Shown here one piece after another: positions 55,073 through 63,850 of a stretch of 64,000 nt of DNA; position 1 is the stretch's first letter, and each line of letters opens with the position of its first letter. Position numbers and translations under genes: made by a program. Origin of the DNA: Octopus sinensis (taxonomy: Eukaryota). The DNA lies in assembly GCF_006345805.1 (NCBI RefSeq), contig NC_043021.1, positions 11,532,001 to 11,596,000 of the forward strand, in the 5' to 3' direction. The notes beneath the pieces were generated by a model that was not told where the DNA came from, made no database searches, and saw only the letters and a list, made by a program, of their open reading frames with translations.

Positions 55073-55744
55073 GTTTCAAATTTGGCACAAGGCCAGCAAT
55101 TTGAGGGGAGTGGGAGTGGGTAAATCAATTACAGTGTTCAATTGGTACTTATTTTATCAACCCCCAAAGGATCAAAGGCAAAGTTGACCTCAGCAGTGTT
55201 TGAACTCAGAATGTAAACTCGACAGAAATGCCACTAAACAGTTTTTCTGATGCGCTAATGATTTCGCCAGCTTACCACCTTAATAATAATTAATAATAAT
55301 AATCCTTTCTACTAAAGGCACAAGGCCTGAAATTTTAGGGGAGGGGACTAGTTGATTACATCAACCCCAGTGTTTTACTGGTACTTAATTTATCAATCAC
55401 AAAAGGATGAGGCAAAGGTATGAGCATGTATATGTGTGTGCGCGCATGTTAACACTTATTACCACTACACAAACACCTAGCAACTGGTATTGGTTTGTTT
55501 ACATCCTTATACCTTAGCAGGGCAAAAGAGACCAATAAAATAAATACCAGACATTAAAAAAAATCAATAAGTACAGGGATCAATTATTTTTTTCAACTAA
55601 ACCTTTTGAGGCAGTGCCCCAGCATGGCAGTAGTCCAGTGACTGAAACAAAGCAAACAAAAAAATATGATAAAAAGGTTTACTTACCAGGGGCCGAGCAA
55701 TCGGCACAGACCTCCGCTGTGATTCTAATATTTCCTCTGGACAT
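260..55744 (-). CDS. GIT2: GIT-family ARF GTPase-activating protein gene (GIT1/GIT2 co-orthologue), coding exons 1-7; gene continues beyond the left edge of the window
   Basis: Spliced translation of join(55687-55744,6114-6247,4835-4947,3647-3746,2923-3009,1530-1660,260-354) is open: [55 protein letters not shown]...[59 protein letters not shown]...[38 protein letters not shown]. This matches the recalled GIT1/GIT2 N-terminus (ArfGAP CxxC-x16-CxxC plus ankyrin repeats), and all intron phases are compatible. Confidence 0.96.
526..652. mobile_element. Tc1/mariner-type palindromic MITE
   Basis: TIR CAGGGTGATTCAAAAGTCACCA at both ends with a TA target-site duplication; almost the whole element is self-complementary. 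Confidence 0.85.
997..1280 (+). mobile_element. Interspersed retroposon family C with (GAT)n tail (copies ~5785-6043, 23054-23510, 34841-35135, 39950-40275, 50960-51180, 59672-60410, 61778-62100, 63367-63718)
   Basis: Shared GTGGCACGTAAAAAGCACC internal repeats and GGTTGGCGTTAGGAAGGGCATCCAGC...CCATGCCAGCATGGAAA-(GAT)n 3' end. Confidence 0.8.
1530..1660 (-). CDS. GIT2: GIT coding exon 6 ([44 protein letters not shown], ankyrin repeats)
   Basis: tttgtttcag acceptor; 131 nt; donor AG|GCAAGT (GC-AG) is needed for the phase-2 join to exon 7. Confidence 0.94.
2206..2570 (+). mobile_element. Interspersed repeat family E with (TAA)n tail (second copy 54690-55041)
   Basis: Two colinear copies GAGAGTGCAAAC...AATGAGAATATCTGAAATAAACTCGACTGCTCTCAC...CCTTCGCTAA; this explains the similar ORFs 2284-2571 and 54665-54892. 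Confidence 0.75.
2923..3009 (-). CDS. GIT2: GIT coding exon 5 ([29 protein letters not shown], ankyrin repeat)
   Basis: tttatttgcag acceptor, CCA|GTGAGT donor, 87 nt. Confidence 0.95.
3647..3746 (-). CDS. GIT2: GIT coding exon 4 ([33 protein letters not shown])
   Basis: gccag acceptor, AAA|GTAAGT donor, 100 nt; IRxKY ArfGAP motif. Confidence 0.93.
4835..4947 (-). CDS. GIT2: GIT coding exon 3 ([38 protein letters not shown])
   Basis: ttttcttgcag acceptor, CA|GTGAGT donor, 113 nt; [12 protein letters not shown] ArfGAP motif. Confidence 0.95.
6114..6247 (-). CDS. GIT2: GIT coding exon 2 ([45 protein letters not shown])
   Basis: TAG acceptor; 134 nt; non-canonical donor GCG|GCAAGT is needed for a phase-0 join to exon 3. 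Confidence 0.93.
6421..6776 (-). mobile_element. SINE family A, head truncated
   Basis: Reverse-complement match to 16102-16513. Confidence 0.8.
7287..7648 (-). mobile_element. SINE family A
   Basis: Reverse-complement match to family A. Confidence 0.8.
8452..9148 (-). mobile_element. Degenerate L1/Tx1-type LINE ORF2 fragment
   Basis: Broken minus-strand peptides [15 protein letters not shown]...[18 protein letters not shown]...GGLSL resemble the post-RT region of L1/Tx1 elements; multiple frameshifts. Confidence 0.55.
9449..9492 (-). ncRNA. Minimal type I hammerhead motif (inverted copy, sense to the GIT pre-mRNA)
   Basis: Exact reverse complement of 9667-9710. Confidence 0.68.
9667..9710 (+). 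ncRNA. Minimal type I hammerhead ribozyme motif, U3-A8 variant
   Basis: UUACAG-UUGAAAA-GGUC(UCAAAAU)GACC-GAA-ACCGGU-A-CUGAAA: stem I CAG/CUG, core U3UGAAA8A, 4-bp stem II, palindromic stem III ACCGGU, GUA cleavage triplet. Confidence 0.7.
9896..9939 (-). ncRNA. Minimal type I hammerhead motif (duplicate inverted copy)
   Basis: Identical to 9449-9492. Confidence 0.62.
10111..10154 (+). ncRNA. Minimal type I hammerhead motif (duplicate copy)
   Basis: Identical to 9667-9710. Confidence 0.62.
10338..10640 (+). mobile_element. tRNA-derived SINE family D (related copies ~8070-8450, 13215-13530, 15185-15343, 39125-39450, 59195-59430, 60715-61030)
   Basis: tRNA-like head GGAGACGCAATGGCCCAGTGGTTAGGGC...TTCGATTC; body segments shared among copies. 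Confidence 0.75.
11653..12180. repeat. Polypurine/polypyrimidine low-complexity tract (similar tracts ~36400-37190 and 57568-57862)
   Basis: Almost only G/A on the plus strand. Confidence 0.85.
12452..12849 (-). mobile_element. SINE family A, diverged
   Basis: Reverse-complement match to family A. Confidence 0.7.
13555..14040. repeat. Compound (GAGT/GT/GA) microsatellite with ~120-bp higher-order repeat
   Basis: Directly visible. Confidence 0.85.
14474..14810. repeat. (TACA)n microsatellite
   Basis: Directly visible. Confidence 0.95.
14811..15026. mobile_element. Mariner-like MITE
   Basis: Imperfect ~25-bp TIRs GGGGTGGTGAAAAGTTCCTGGCTTT / AAAGCCAGGAACTGTTCAGTACTCC. Confidence 0.6.
16102..16513 (+). 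mobile_element. tRNA-derived SINE family A, full length
   Basis: Head GGCACAGGAGTGGCTGTGTGG (A box) ... GGTTCAGTCCC (B box), internal microsatellite, (AAAGAGT)n tail; many copies in the window. Confidence 0.85.
17019..17490 (+). mobile_element. SINE family A
   Basis: A/B-box head and family A body with an expanded internal microsatellite. Confidence 0.75.
18038..18212 (-). mobile_element. 3' end of an RTE-type LINE
   Basis: [45 protein letters not shown] resembles the RTE ORF C-terminus (DR..WR); followed by a (GAT)n tail. Confidence 0.65.
18228..18640. repeat. (GGT/GAT)n trinucleotide low-complexity region
   Basis: Directly visible; source of spurious poly-G/D/T/V ORFs. Confidence 0.85.
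23934..24153. mobile_element. piggyBac-like MITE
   Basis: TTAA target-site duplications and TIRs CCCTTTTGTTACT / AGTAACGAAAGGG. Confidence 0.75.
24661..25650. repeat. GT-derived minisatellite of ~18-bp units (GTGTGTGTTTGTGCATTC and variants)
   Basis: Directly visible periodicity. Confidence 0.95.
26106..26988. repeat. Long degenerate inverted repeat (arms ~26106-26442 and ~26660-26988)
   Basis: Colinear reverse-complement matches, e.g. GTCAGATTTACTTTTCGTCCTTCT vs AGAAGGAAGAAAAGAAAATCTGAC; CCTCATGTCTTGCGCAAT vs ATTGCTCAAGACATGAGG; TTTTCATAGCAAATGTTTT vs AAAACATTTGCTATGAAAA. Confidence 0.85.
26999..34010. repeat. Large tandem array, ~233 x 30-bp unit AAGTTCCCTGTCATCAATTCACCGCAGGGA with internal palindrome
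   Basis: Directly visible 30-bp periodicity over 7,012 bp. Variation is concentrated at two sites (CCCT/AACT/CATT/CTCT and CACCG/CACTG/CCCCG/CACTA/CACCA). Confidence 0.99.
34333..34603 (+). mobile_element. SINE family A, 5' truncated
   Basis: CAAGTGTCTTCTACTATAGCCTCGGGCCGACC... family A body. Confidence 0.75.
35906..36177. repeat. Five copies of AAAGATAAAC(T/C)GAAGATTCCTCTTCA separated by variable (CA)n
   Basis: Copies at ~35906, 35948, 35989, 36078 and 36138. Confidence 0.9.
38260..38647 (-). mobile_element. SINE family A
   Basis: Full-length reverse-complement match. Confidence 0.8.
40606..40829. mobile_element. piggyBac-like MITE of a second family (other copies near 16.9, 22.9, 23.5, 53.3-53.9 and 62.3-62.65 kb)
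   Basis: TTAA-CCCTTCAGCATTCA ... TGAATGCTAAAGGG-T-TTAA; internal sequence recurs elsewhere in the window. Confidence 0.65.
40958..41585 (-). mobile_element. Two diverged tandem fragments (40958-41117, 41424-41585) resembling the GIY-YIG endonuclease C-terminus of Penelope-like elements
   Basis: Minus-strand translations [34 protein letters not shown] and [34 protein letters not shown] fit the IKEA-x-I-x4-P-x-LN-x-Q pattern; synonymous differences between copies; stop and frameshift in the second copy. Confidence 0.5.
41615..41803 (+). mobile_element. Penelope-like pLTR fragment with internally deleted hammerhead
   Basis: Shares TGTTTCTGACGAAGAGCTC...CCAATAA...TTTTCATGTTTGGATTAAC with 58243-58371 but lacks the GAAA/stem III segment. 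Confidence 0.55.
41823..42208 (-). mobile_element. SINE family A
   Basis: Full-length copy close to the other intact copies. Confidence 0.85.
43082..43515 (-). mobile_element. SINE family A
   Basis: Full-length copy; its head half is duplicated at ~43800-43965. Confidence 0.85.
43340..44210. repeat. Essentially identical 450-bp tandem duplication joined at (TA)n
   Basis: 43340-43760 is repeated at 43790-44210. Confidence 0.9.
45869..46183. mobile_element. (TA)n-flanked AT-rich element with a partial inverted repeat, probably a Penelope-like remnant
   Basis: AAATTAGAGATAAAACCACTATTAT (45951-45975) is inverted at ~46158-46182. Confidence 0.4.
46195..46595 (-). mobile_element. SINE family A
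   Basis: Full-length reverse-complement match. Confidence 0.8.
46753..46790 (-). ncRNA. Minimal type I hammerhead motif in a (TA)n-flanked Penelope-like remnant (~46655-46829)
   Basis: Minus strand AAGC-CUGAUGA-U-UGUG(UAA)UACA-U-GAA-AGUACU-A-GUUU: canonical core, palindromic stem III AGUACU, CUA triplet, stem I AAGC/GUUU. Confidence 0.62.
47678..47895 (-). mobile_element. 3' end of a CR1/L2-type LINE
   Basis: RRRRGF...[26 protein letters not shown] matches the WNxLP...FKxxLD CR1/L2 ORF2 terminus; short repeat tail. Confidence 0.65.
48182..48678 (-). mobile_element. SINE family A, diverged
   Basis: Reverse-complement match. Confidence 0.7.
51745..52240. repeat. 29-bp minisatellite GACTCCCTGCCATCACCAGGGGCCACAGG, ~16 diverged copies
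   Basis: Directly visible periodicity; GC-rich relative to flanks. Confidence 0.9.
52380..52910. repeat. ~164-bp tandem repeat, about 3 copies
   Basis: GTGACT...CACAACCACC...AATTGTCT...AAGGACTCTTCT recurs at ~52536, 52700 and 52864. Confidence 0.8.
53047..53745 (+). mobile_element. Two SINE family A copies (53047-53324 and 53392-53745), the second inserted into a piggyBac-like MITE
   Basis: Family A body twice; MITE sequence resumes after 53745. Confidence 0.75.
54270..54490 (-). mobile_element. tRNA-derived SINE family B (other copies ~1960-2172, 3870-4068, 48840-49052, 50103-50320, 55070-55280, 62730-62930)
   Basis: Head GGCGGTGAGCTGGCAGAAACGTTAGC...GAGTTCAAATTCC (B-box-like) recurring across the window. 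Confidence 0.8.
55687..55744 (-). CDS. GIT2: GIT coding exon 1 ([19 protein letters not shown], first CxxC of the ArfGAP zinc finger)
   Basis: ATG at 55744 with an in-frame TAA four codons upstream; 58 nt; G|GTAAGT donor, phase 1 matching exon 2. Confidence 0.93.
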
Positions 55745-56707
55745 GTGAGGGTATTATTAAACTTTATCTCCAGGATTTATTTTTAAGAAAAATTGATTAT
55801 AAATACTACTACTACTTGCTAATATTAATAGTAATAATAATAATAATGTTATTATTATTATTACTATAATATCAACTTAATCCTTGCAAGGCAAAGCTGA
55901 ATGAATTGCTGGTGGTACCAGTTTGTGTTTGAAACGGATGTAAGGGCCGAGGAAGATGCAGAAAGACTAAACAACTGCCACCACTAATCACCTACGATGG
56001 CTCCAGTTTTGTCAGCCATGCCAAGCTGGAGCCAGCTTCTTGTGGTTGCAATTGTTATTGTTGCTGTTATTTGGTTGTTGTTATCGTTATTATTATTATT
56101 ATTAATAATATTCTTATTATTATTATCGATGTGGCAGCTGGTCGGTTTCTTTGTCCTTGTTTCTTTCTTCACATTGCTGAGGTTTCTGTTGCTGTAGCGA
56201 CCAAGAACAACGTCAATGATGATGATGCCAATGATGGTGGTGATGGTGATGACAACGACGACAACGACAACTACTATTCTCTGGTATTAATTATTGTTCT
56301 TGCTTCTCTTCTGATTGACTTCAGAAAAAAAAAACTATTATTTTTGTTTTTATTCCGCTTCCTCTTCTTGTCTCCAATCAAATTTTTTTTTTAACTAAAT
56401 GATTTTATTTATTTGTTCTGTGTTTTTTTTTCTGTGAATTCCTCGTCCAATTCTTTTTAATATCGTTTCTTTCGTTTCGTTTACTTTCCTTTTTAGAGGT
56501 GGGACAGGCAAGGTGGAGCAAGAGCGTTGCTGCTGATGCTAATGCTGTTGTTGTTATTGTTGACAATCTCACTGCTGAAGTAATTGTTGTTGTTGTTATT
56601 TATTGTTCTAATAATAGCACAGATAGCCGGCTCTGGCTGCTCAGTGTTCAAATTCTATTATTTTTATTATTATTATTATTTTTTTTTTTTTAAAGCAAGA
56701 CAGGTCC

Positions 56708-56739
<32 letters not shown>

Positions 56740-56850
56740 GGAGGGAGAACACAGGTCAGAAAAATCAATAATTGAATTAGCTATGTGATGACGTTAACAA
56801 CATCAACAACTTCATAGGTTCCGGTCAGGACAAACAGGAAAAAGATAAGG
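55745..56850 (-). promoter_or_regulatory. Probable 5' UTR and proximal promoter region of the GIT gene
   Basis: Transposon-free, simple-repeat-rich stretch directly upstream of the ATG; ETS-like CCGGAA (~56819-56824, minus) and CRE-like TGACGT (~56789). The TSS cannot be determined from sequence. Confidence 0.35.
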
Positions 56851-58242
56851 AAGAATTGGACAATGATGGGAGAATAAGTTAGGGAGAAAAAAACCCTTAC
56901 TCAAAAATTGGATCAGCAGGGTCCTTTTATTACTCAGCAATACCCAAATATTTGTTAAGATTCGTGACAGGGTCAGGTCTTAGTCTGGGGGATATTTAGG
57001 GTCTAGAGGGTCCTGATAGACAGACTTCTTGCATCAAGGCTTACAAATTACACAAACAGCAGCATTAATTAACACTGTTGCTGCTGCTGCTGCCAGTGGT
57101 GATGATGGTGTTGGTGGTGGTGAAGGCCTGAGTAGAAAAGGCCTTTTGAGATTATTGTGGCTTTAGGGGGGGTTATCTATATTTATTTTTTTGGGTCTTA
57201 TATTTTTGTTGGTTAGCTGGCAGGGGGGTGGGTTAATTTAATTCTTATCTGTCCCTTTAATCTGGTCCTGATTCAAAAGGGAACAGGTTCTTGCCTGATT
57301 GATCCACCTTTATTCTTTATACGCACACGTGCTCAAACATTAATCTTCCACAGAAATAGGTAAATATATAAAGAGAAAGATTACTTCAAAAAGTAGCAGT
57401 AGTAGTAGTAGTAGTAGTAGTAGTGTTGATGTTGTTGTTTACAGCAGTAAATGGCTGACGATGATGACGATGATGGTAGAGGTGGTGGTGGTGTGAGGTG
57501 GATTCTGCTCTTGATTATTGATGCTTGCAGTGGGTCCTCTTATCTGCTACATACACTGATGGCAACTGAAGAGAGAGAGAGAGGGAAACACATTAAAACA
57601 TGATAAACGAGAGAGAAAGAGAGAAAAGGAGAAAGAGAAAGAAAGAGAGGGAAAGAGAGAGAAAGAGAGAGAAAGAGAGAAAAAGAGAGAGAGAAAAAAA
57701 GAGAGAGAGAAAAGGAGAGAGAGAGAAAAGGAGAGAGAGAGAAAAAAAGAGAGAGAGAAAAGGAGAGAGAGAAAGAGAGAGAGAAAAAGACAGAGAAAAA
57801 GAGAGAGCAAGAAAGAGAAATGAGGAAAGAGAGAGGGAGGGAAAGATAGAGAGAGACAGATAGAATGTGTGTGTGTATGTGTGTGCACAGAGTAAACACT
57901 AAAACGATCAGATCTTAATGGCAGGGTCTGCAGGAATAGTAGTAACAACAGCAGCAACAGTAGTAGTAGTAGTAGTAGTAGTAGTAATGCTAACTAATTG
58001 ACAAACTACAAAACATGTATTAAAAGTGTTCTCGTACACATACACACAGAGAATGTCCTGTAACAGAACATTCAACGTTAATGCAGTATAAAAGAGGTTT
58101 TTATATGCGGGACACCAGATATGTGTGTGTGTGTAAATACAAAAACAAATAGGTGAACATATGTATGTATACATATATATAGAGAGAGAGTATGTGTATG
58201 TAAGTGTATACATGTGTGTGTGCATATGCATATATATTCAAT

Positions 58243-58371
58243 ATGTTTCTGACGAAGAGCTCCGCTCGAAACATTAAATCCTCCTTCTTTCCTTAGCGGC
58301 CAATAACACTATACTTGTTCCACATCCTCGTGTTGTTGTGTTTTCTCTTTGTTTTCATGTTTGGATTAACT
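58243..58371 (+). mobile_element. Penelope-like pLTR fragment with hammerhead-like motif (58245-58279)
   Basis: GUUU-CUGACGA-A-GAGC(UCC)GCUC-GAA-ACAU-U-AAAU; stem III ACAU looks like CpG-decayed ACGU; ends in (TA)n; same family as 41615-41803. Confidence 0.6.
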
Positions 58372-58412
58372 ATATATATATGTGTGTGTGTGTGTGTTTA
58401 AGTATCTTTGAT

Positions 58413-58452
<40 letters not shown>

Positions 58453-58453
58453 G

Positions 58454-58505
<52 letters not shown>

Positions 58506-60261
58506 TGTTCATATGTACATATACACATATTCACACACATACATATACATACACAAACATACACATACATATGCACACACACACACACATATATGCATAT
58601 ACATGCACACACATACACATACATATGCACACACACACACATATATGCATATACATGCACACACATACACATATCCATATATATGCACACATATATACAT
58701 GCAAACACACATACATGAACATATTACACATATATGTGCAGGCACATATATAAACACATATATATATATTCACATCACACACACTTCCCTCTCCCCACAT
58801 CCTTTCTTCAACACCGGAATAATGGAATAGACAATGGCAGAGAATTGGCAATCATCAGAGCACTGGACCGAACATGTTACCATATTTGTTCTGGCTCTCA
58901 GCCCTCAAATCCCACAGAGATTACTTCCACCAATCACCCTCATGGGAAGAGAGAGGGGTTCAATAAATAAGGCACCAGTTAAACATTGGCAGACACGTCT
59001 CTCCCTATAAAATATATTAAACGTTTTTATAAGTCAATAACCATGTTCTACTGTGTTAGCAGTGCGCCTTACGTCACTTAAAGTTATCTCTACAGGTATT
59101 CTATAGAAATTATAGCCAGCACTAATTTCTGTTACATTTCCTACCTGTGTGTGTGTGTGTGTGTGTGGTATACATAAGAAGAGAGATGACAAAGGAATGG
59201 CTTAGTGGTTAAGGTGTTGAACTCATGATCGTAAGGTTGTGGTTTCGATTCCTGGACCGGGCAATTCATTTGTGTTCTTGAGCAAAATACTTCATTTCAC
59301 GTTGCTCCAGTCCACTCAGCTGGCAAAAATGAGTAATCCTGCGACAGACCGGTGTCCTGTCCCAGGTGGGGAATTTCTATGCCACTGAAACCGGGAAACC
59401 GGCCCTTATGAGCCTGGCATGGCTCGAGAAGGAAGAAGGAACAATTATCAACTATCTTATAAGCTCCATTAGCTTACAGCTGTTTCCATTATATAATGCA
59501 GTGGACTCATAGTCGAGCATCTGAGTAACCCCTTAGAGCTTCAGCAGAGCCCCGAAGTTCATAAGACGATTGTTTGTACCTTTGTTGTTCCACTTTTCTT
59601 ACTAGCATTCTGTACTTGAGTGACACTTCATTGAGAAGCATGCATGTATTGAGTTCTACACCGGGTTATTAGTCATCATTTAACATCCGTTTTCCATGCT
59701 GGTATGGATTGGATGGCTTGACTGAAAACTGATAAGCTGGGGAGCTGTGCCAGGTTTCAATCTCATTTGGCATGGTTTCTACAGCTGGATGCCCTTCTTA
59801 AGGCCAATCACTTGGAAAGTGTAGCGGGTGCTTCTTAAGTGCCACCAGCATGGGTGCCAGTCATGGAAACACTGGCATGGCCATGACTACAATATCACTT
59901 GTGTGACAGGTCTTCTGAAGCACAGTATATTGCCAAAGGTCTTGGTCACTTGTCACTGCTCCTGTGAGACCCAAAGTTTGAAGGATGCTTTTTATGTGAC
60001 ACCAGCACAGGTGCCAGGTGCAAACAGTGGCACCGATATGTGTGTGTATGTGTGTGTGAGTATATATGTGGCATCTATATATGTGTGTGTGTGTATGTGT
60101 ATATATATATGTGTGTGTGTAAATATAAATATACACATATATATGTAGACTCTCTGCCAGCTCAGATTGGAGCCTGGTGCAGCCATCTTGTTCACCAGTC
60201 CTCAAGTCTTCAGTCAAATCATCCAACCCATGCTAGCATGGAAAGTGTACATTAAACGATG

Positions 60262-60319
<58 letters not shown>

Positions 60320-61381
60320 CCTGGTGCAGCCTTCTGGCTTGCCAGTCCTCAGTCAAACCGTCCAACCCATGCCAGCATGGAAAGTGGATGTATGATGATG
60401 ATGATGATTATATATATTCTTTTACTTGTTTCAGTCATTTGACTGCAGCCATGCTGGAGCACCACCTTAAAATTATATATAAGTTGTAATAATGAAGTCA
60501 AGCTAAATAGTGATATTTTGAAATCATCTGACATAAGTATTTGATATTTGCGTAATATAAAAAATGAAATGCATCCATTACTTAAAGCCTTCCTTGAAGC
60601 TAACAATGATTGGAAGTCATTTGTTATATTTGACTCCAGTAGAAAATTTTGGTACCATTCACAGCTTCTTAGGTTAATACACAATATAATACACACACAC
60701 ACACACATAAATATGGCACTCCATCGATTATGATGACAAGGGTTCCAGTTGACCCGATTAATGGAACAGTCTGCTCGTGAAATTAATATGCAAGTGGCTG
60801 AGGAATTCCACAGACAAGTGTATGCTTAATGTAGTTCTCAGGGAGATTCGGTGTGACACAGAGTGTGACAAGGTGGGCCCTTTGAAATACAGCTACTACT
60901 TATTTTTGCCAGCTGAGTGAACTGGAGCAATGTGAAATAAAGTGACTTGCTCAAGGACACAAAGCGTTGCCAGGAATTGAACTCACGACTTTATGATCGT
61001 GAGCCAAATACCCTAACCACTAGGCCACGTGTTTTATGGTATTGTTAGGTGACAAATACATAAAAAGTTTTAGTTTTTTTGTCAAATTTATGTAACAAAT
61101 TCTGTGAATAGCATAAAAAGAATGTGACATTCACGAGCAAGCTATTCAACAGTTAAAGAGGTATACATTTTTCTTTCTGAACTAGAGAAAAGAATTTTTT
61201 TTTTTTTTTAACTCCTACAATTGACATCTAAACATATTTCAGAGAAAAAAGGCATAAATTATATTGAATCAAGAAATAAAATGTTACACACATGATGACC
61301 AGCATGAACCAGAACAATGATTTGCAAATTTTTAGTCTTAATGCATTTGAATGTAAATATGCTATTGGTTGTTATGCTTCG

Positions 61382-61586
61382 TCACAGGAAAACAAGTTCT
61401 CTTCTACAACAAATGTGTGTTGAAACTCTATTTATTAGCATGAGGGACTCTCGAACACCCAGTGTTTCGACATTGTTGTGTCTCAGCAGTAAAAGTCCCC
61501 CCAACCAGACTAAGGAATCTAACAAGGGTTTAAAGCTCTTGTTTATAACTTCAGCAAACAAATTGTTTGCTGATCCATGCTGAAAT
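61382..61586 (-). CDS. Possible terminal coding exon of an unidentified upstream gene (FQHGSANNLFAEVINKSFKPLLDSLVWLGGLLLLRHNNVETLGVRESLMLINRVSTHICCRRELVFL*)
   Basis: 67 stop-free codons of non-repetitive, protein-like sequence; AG acceptor at 61587-61588 (alternative at 61580-61581); TGA at 61382. No family recognised and no clear polyA signal. Confidence 0.4.
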
Positions 61587-63717
61587 CTATTGACCAATAA
61601 TAAATTGCCACGTGCTTAGGGAACAGCGAGAATCAAACCAATCATTCGCATATTTATTCTTAACATATTCTGGTAGATTGGAATTTATCCGAATGTATTA
61701 AAAATAAATATGTACATCATTAAAGAAGTTATAAGGAAATAGTCAATGGATTGTAGCAGTAAACTGAGGTGTACTATCATCATCATTGTTGTTGTTTAAC
61801 GTCTGCTTTCCATGCTGGCATGGGTTGGATGGTTTGAGTGAGGATTGGCAAGCCAGGAGGCTGCACCAGGCTCCAATCTGCTCTGGCAAGGTTTCTACAG
61901 CTGGATGTCCTTACTAACGCCAACCACTCCAAGTGTAGTGGGTGTTTTTTATGTGCCACTGGCATGAGGGCCAGTCAGGCGGTACTGGCATCGACCTCGC
62001 TTGAATGGTACTTTTTACACGCCATTGGCATGAGGGCCTGTCAGGCAGTACTGGCATTAACCTCGCTTGAATGGTGCTTTTTACGTGCCACTGGCATGGG
62101 AGCGCATAGTGGTTAGAGTATTCAGCTTACAATCATAAGGTCTGGAGTTCCACTCCCAGCAGCATGTATTCCTTATAGAACTATGAACTAAACAGTTACA
62201 CATCTTGTAAAACTGTCAGCTAGGTGGTTAAATATCCTGTAAATATGTTGTGGCCTAGACAATCTACTCTATGTCCAAACTATCCAGATCTGGCTTTTCA
62301 CACCTATCTTACAATAGTCATTAAAAAAATAAGCAACCACAATCACTGAAATCTTAAAGCTACGAGATAATGCATGATTAATTCAACACAATGTGAGTAC
62401 ATTTGAAAGAATTTGAATGCTAAAGGGTTAAAAAGGTAGAATATTTGGGCTGGATGAGGCCGGTTTAAATGCTAAAGAGTGAAACTGACCAAATCCAGCT
62501 TCTCACACCTACCCTACAATGTCATTCTAAAAATAAACAATCATAATCACTTAGTGAAAATTTTGAAGCTATGAGATAAAAAGAGATTAATTCAAAGCTA
62601 TGAGAATAAATAAGCATTAGATTTGACAAAGTAATCTGATTGGTAAAGTGTTAAACCTTCGAATGGATTAAGCTTTAGCTAATGTTTCATACACAATTGC
62701 ATGATTTGTTAATCTCTTAAGAAATTAAAACTAATCCTTTCTGCTAAACTTTTGTGGGGAGGGTATGAGACAATTACATCAACCCCAGTTTTTCATTGGT
62801 ACTTAATTTATCGACCCTGAAAGGATAAAAGGCAACGTTGACCTCAGCAGAATTTGAACTCAAAATGTAAAGGCAGAAGAACTGTCGCTAAGCATTTTGC
62901 CTGATGCGCTAACGATTCTGCCACCTCGCCAGAAAGTAAAAAAAAGATTACTATCATCACCACCATCATTGTATTAACAGCCACTTATCCATGTTCACAA
63001 GGGCCAGATGGAATTCATTGAGGTGGGTCTTCTATGGCCAGAATACTCTTTCCGTTGCGAAACCCTCACCTGTTTCTAATTAAGGTAATGTTTCCCCAGG
63101 ACTAGACAATGCTAGGAAGCTAGGAAATGACAGACATTGCCGGCATGGTTTACAAGTGTAACACAATGGCAAGAGAAGGTGACATGAACACACACAAAAG
63201 GAAAGACGCAGGAAGATGTGGGATGAAGCGGTGAACTATGATTTTCAGTTGTTGAGTCTCACAGAGGCAATGGCAAGTGGCCAAGACTTGTGGCATTTTG
63301 AAGTGATTAAGCCTTTTGATACCAACCCACCTGAAACTGCCTCTGTAGTACAAATGTTTTTATTTAGTGCCGGTGGTACATAAGAGAACCATCCGAGCGT
63401 GGCCGTTGCCAGCGCCACCCCGACTGGTCTTGTGCCGATGGTACGTAGAAAGCACCATCCAATTGTGGCTGTTGCCAGCCTCGCCTGGCCCCTGTGCCGG
63501 TGGCACGTAAAAAGCTCCATCCGATCGTGGCCGTTTGCCAGCCTCGTCTGGCACGTAAAAAGCACCCACTACACTCACGGAGTGGTTGGCGTTAGGAAGG
63601 GCATCCAGCCGTAGAAACATTGCCAGATCAGACTGGGCCTGGTGCAGCCTTCTGGCTTCACAGACCCCAATTGAACCGTCCAACCCATGCTAGCATGGAA
63701 AGCGGATGCTAAACGAA

Positions 63718-63850
63718 GATTTACATTTGACAGATATTTGTCCTCATTTTGTTTGTTGTTAACACGTTTCAGCTGATATACCCTCCAGCCTTCATCAGGT
63801 GTCTTGGGGAAATTTCAAACCCGGGTTCTCATTCCTAAGGTATTTTTCAA
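63718..63850 (-). mobile_element. Penelope-like pLTR fragment with damaged hammerhead motif (63761-63803)
   Basis: Minus strand GACAC-CUGAUGA-A-GGCUG(GAGGGUAUAU)CAGCU-GAAAC-GUGUU; stem II intact, cleavage-site segment appears deleted. Confidence 0.5.

Noticed and set aside
59461-59500. Hammerhead 3' half GAAACAGCUGUA on the minus strand
   Set aside because: No matching CUGANGA core or stem II found upstream.
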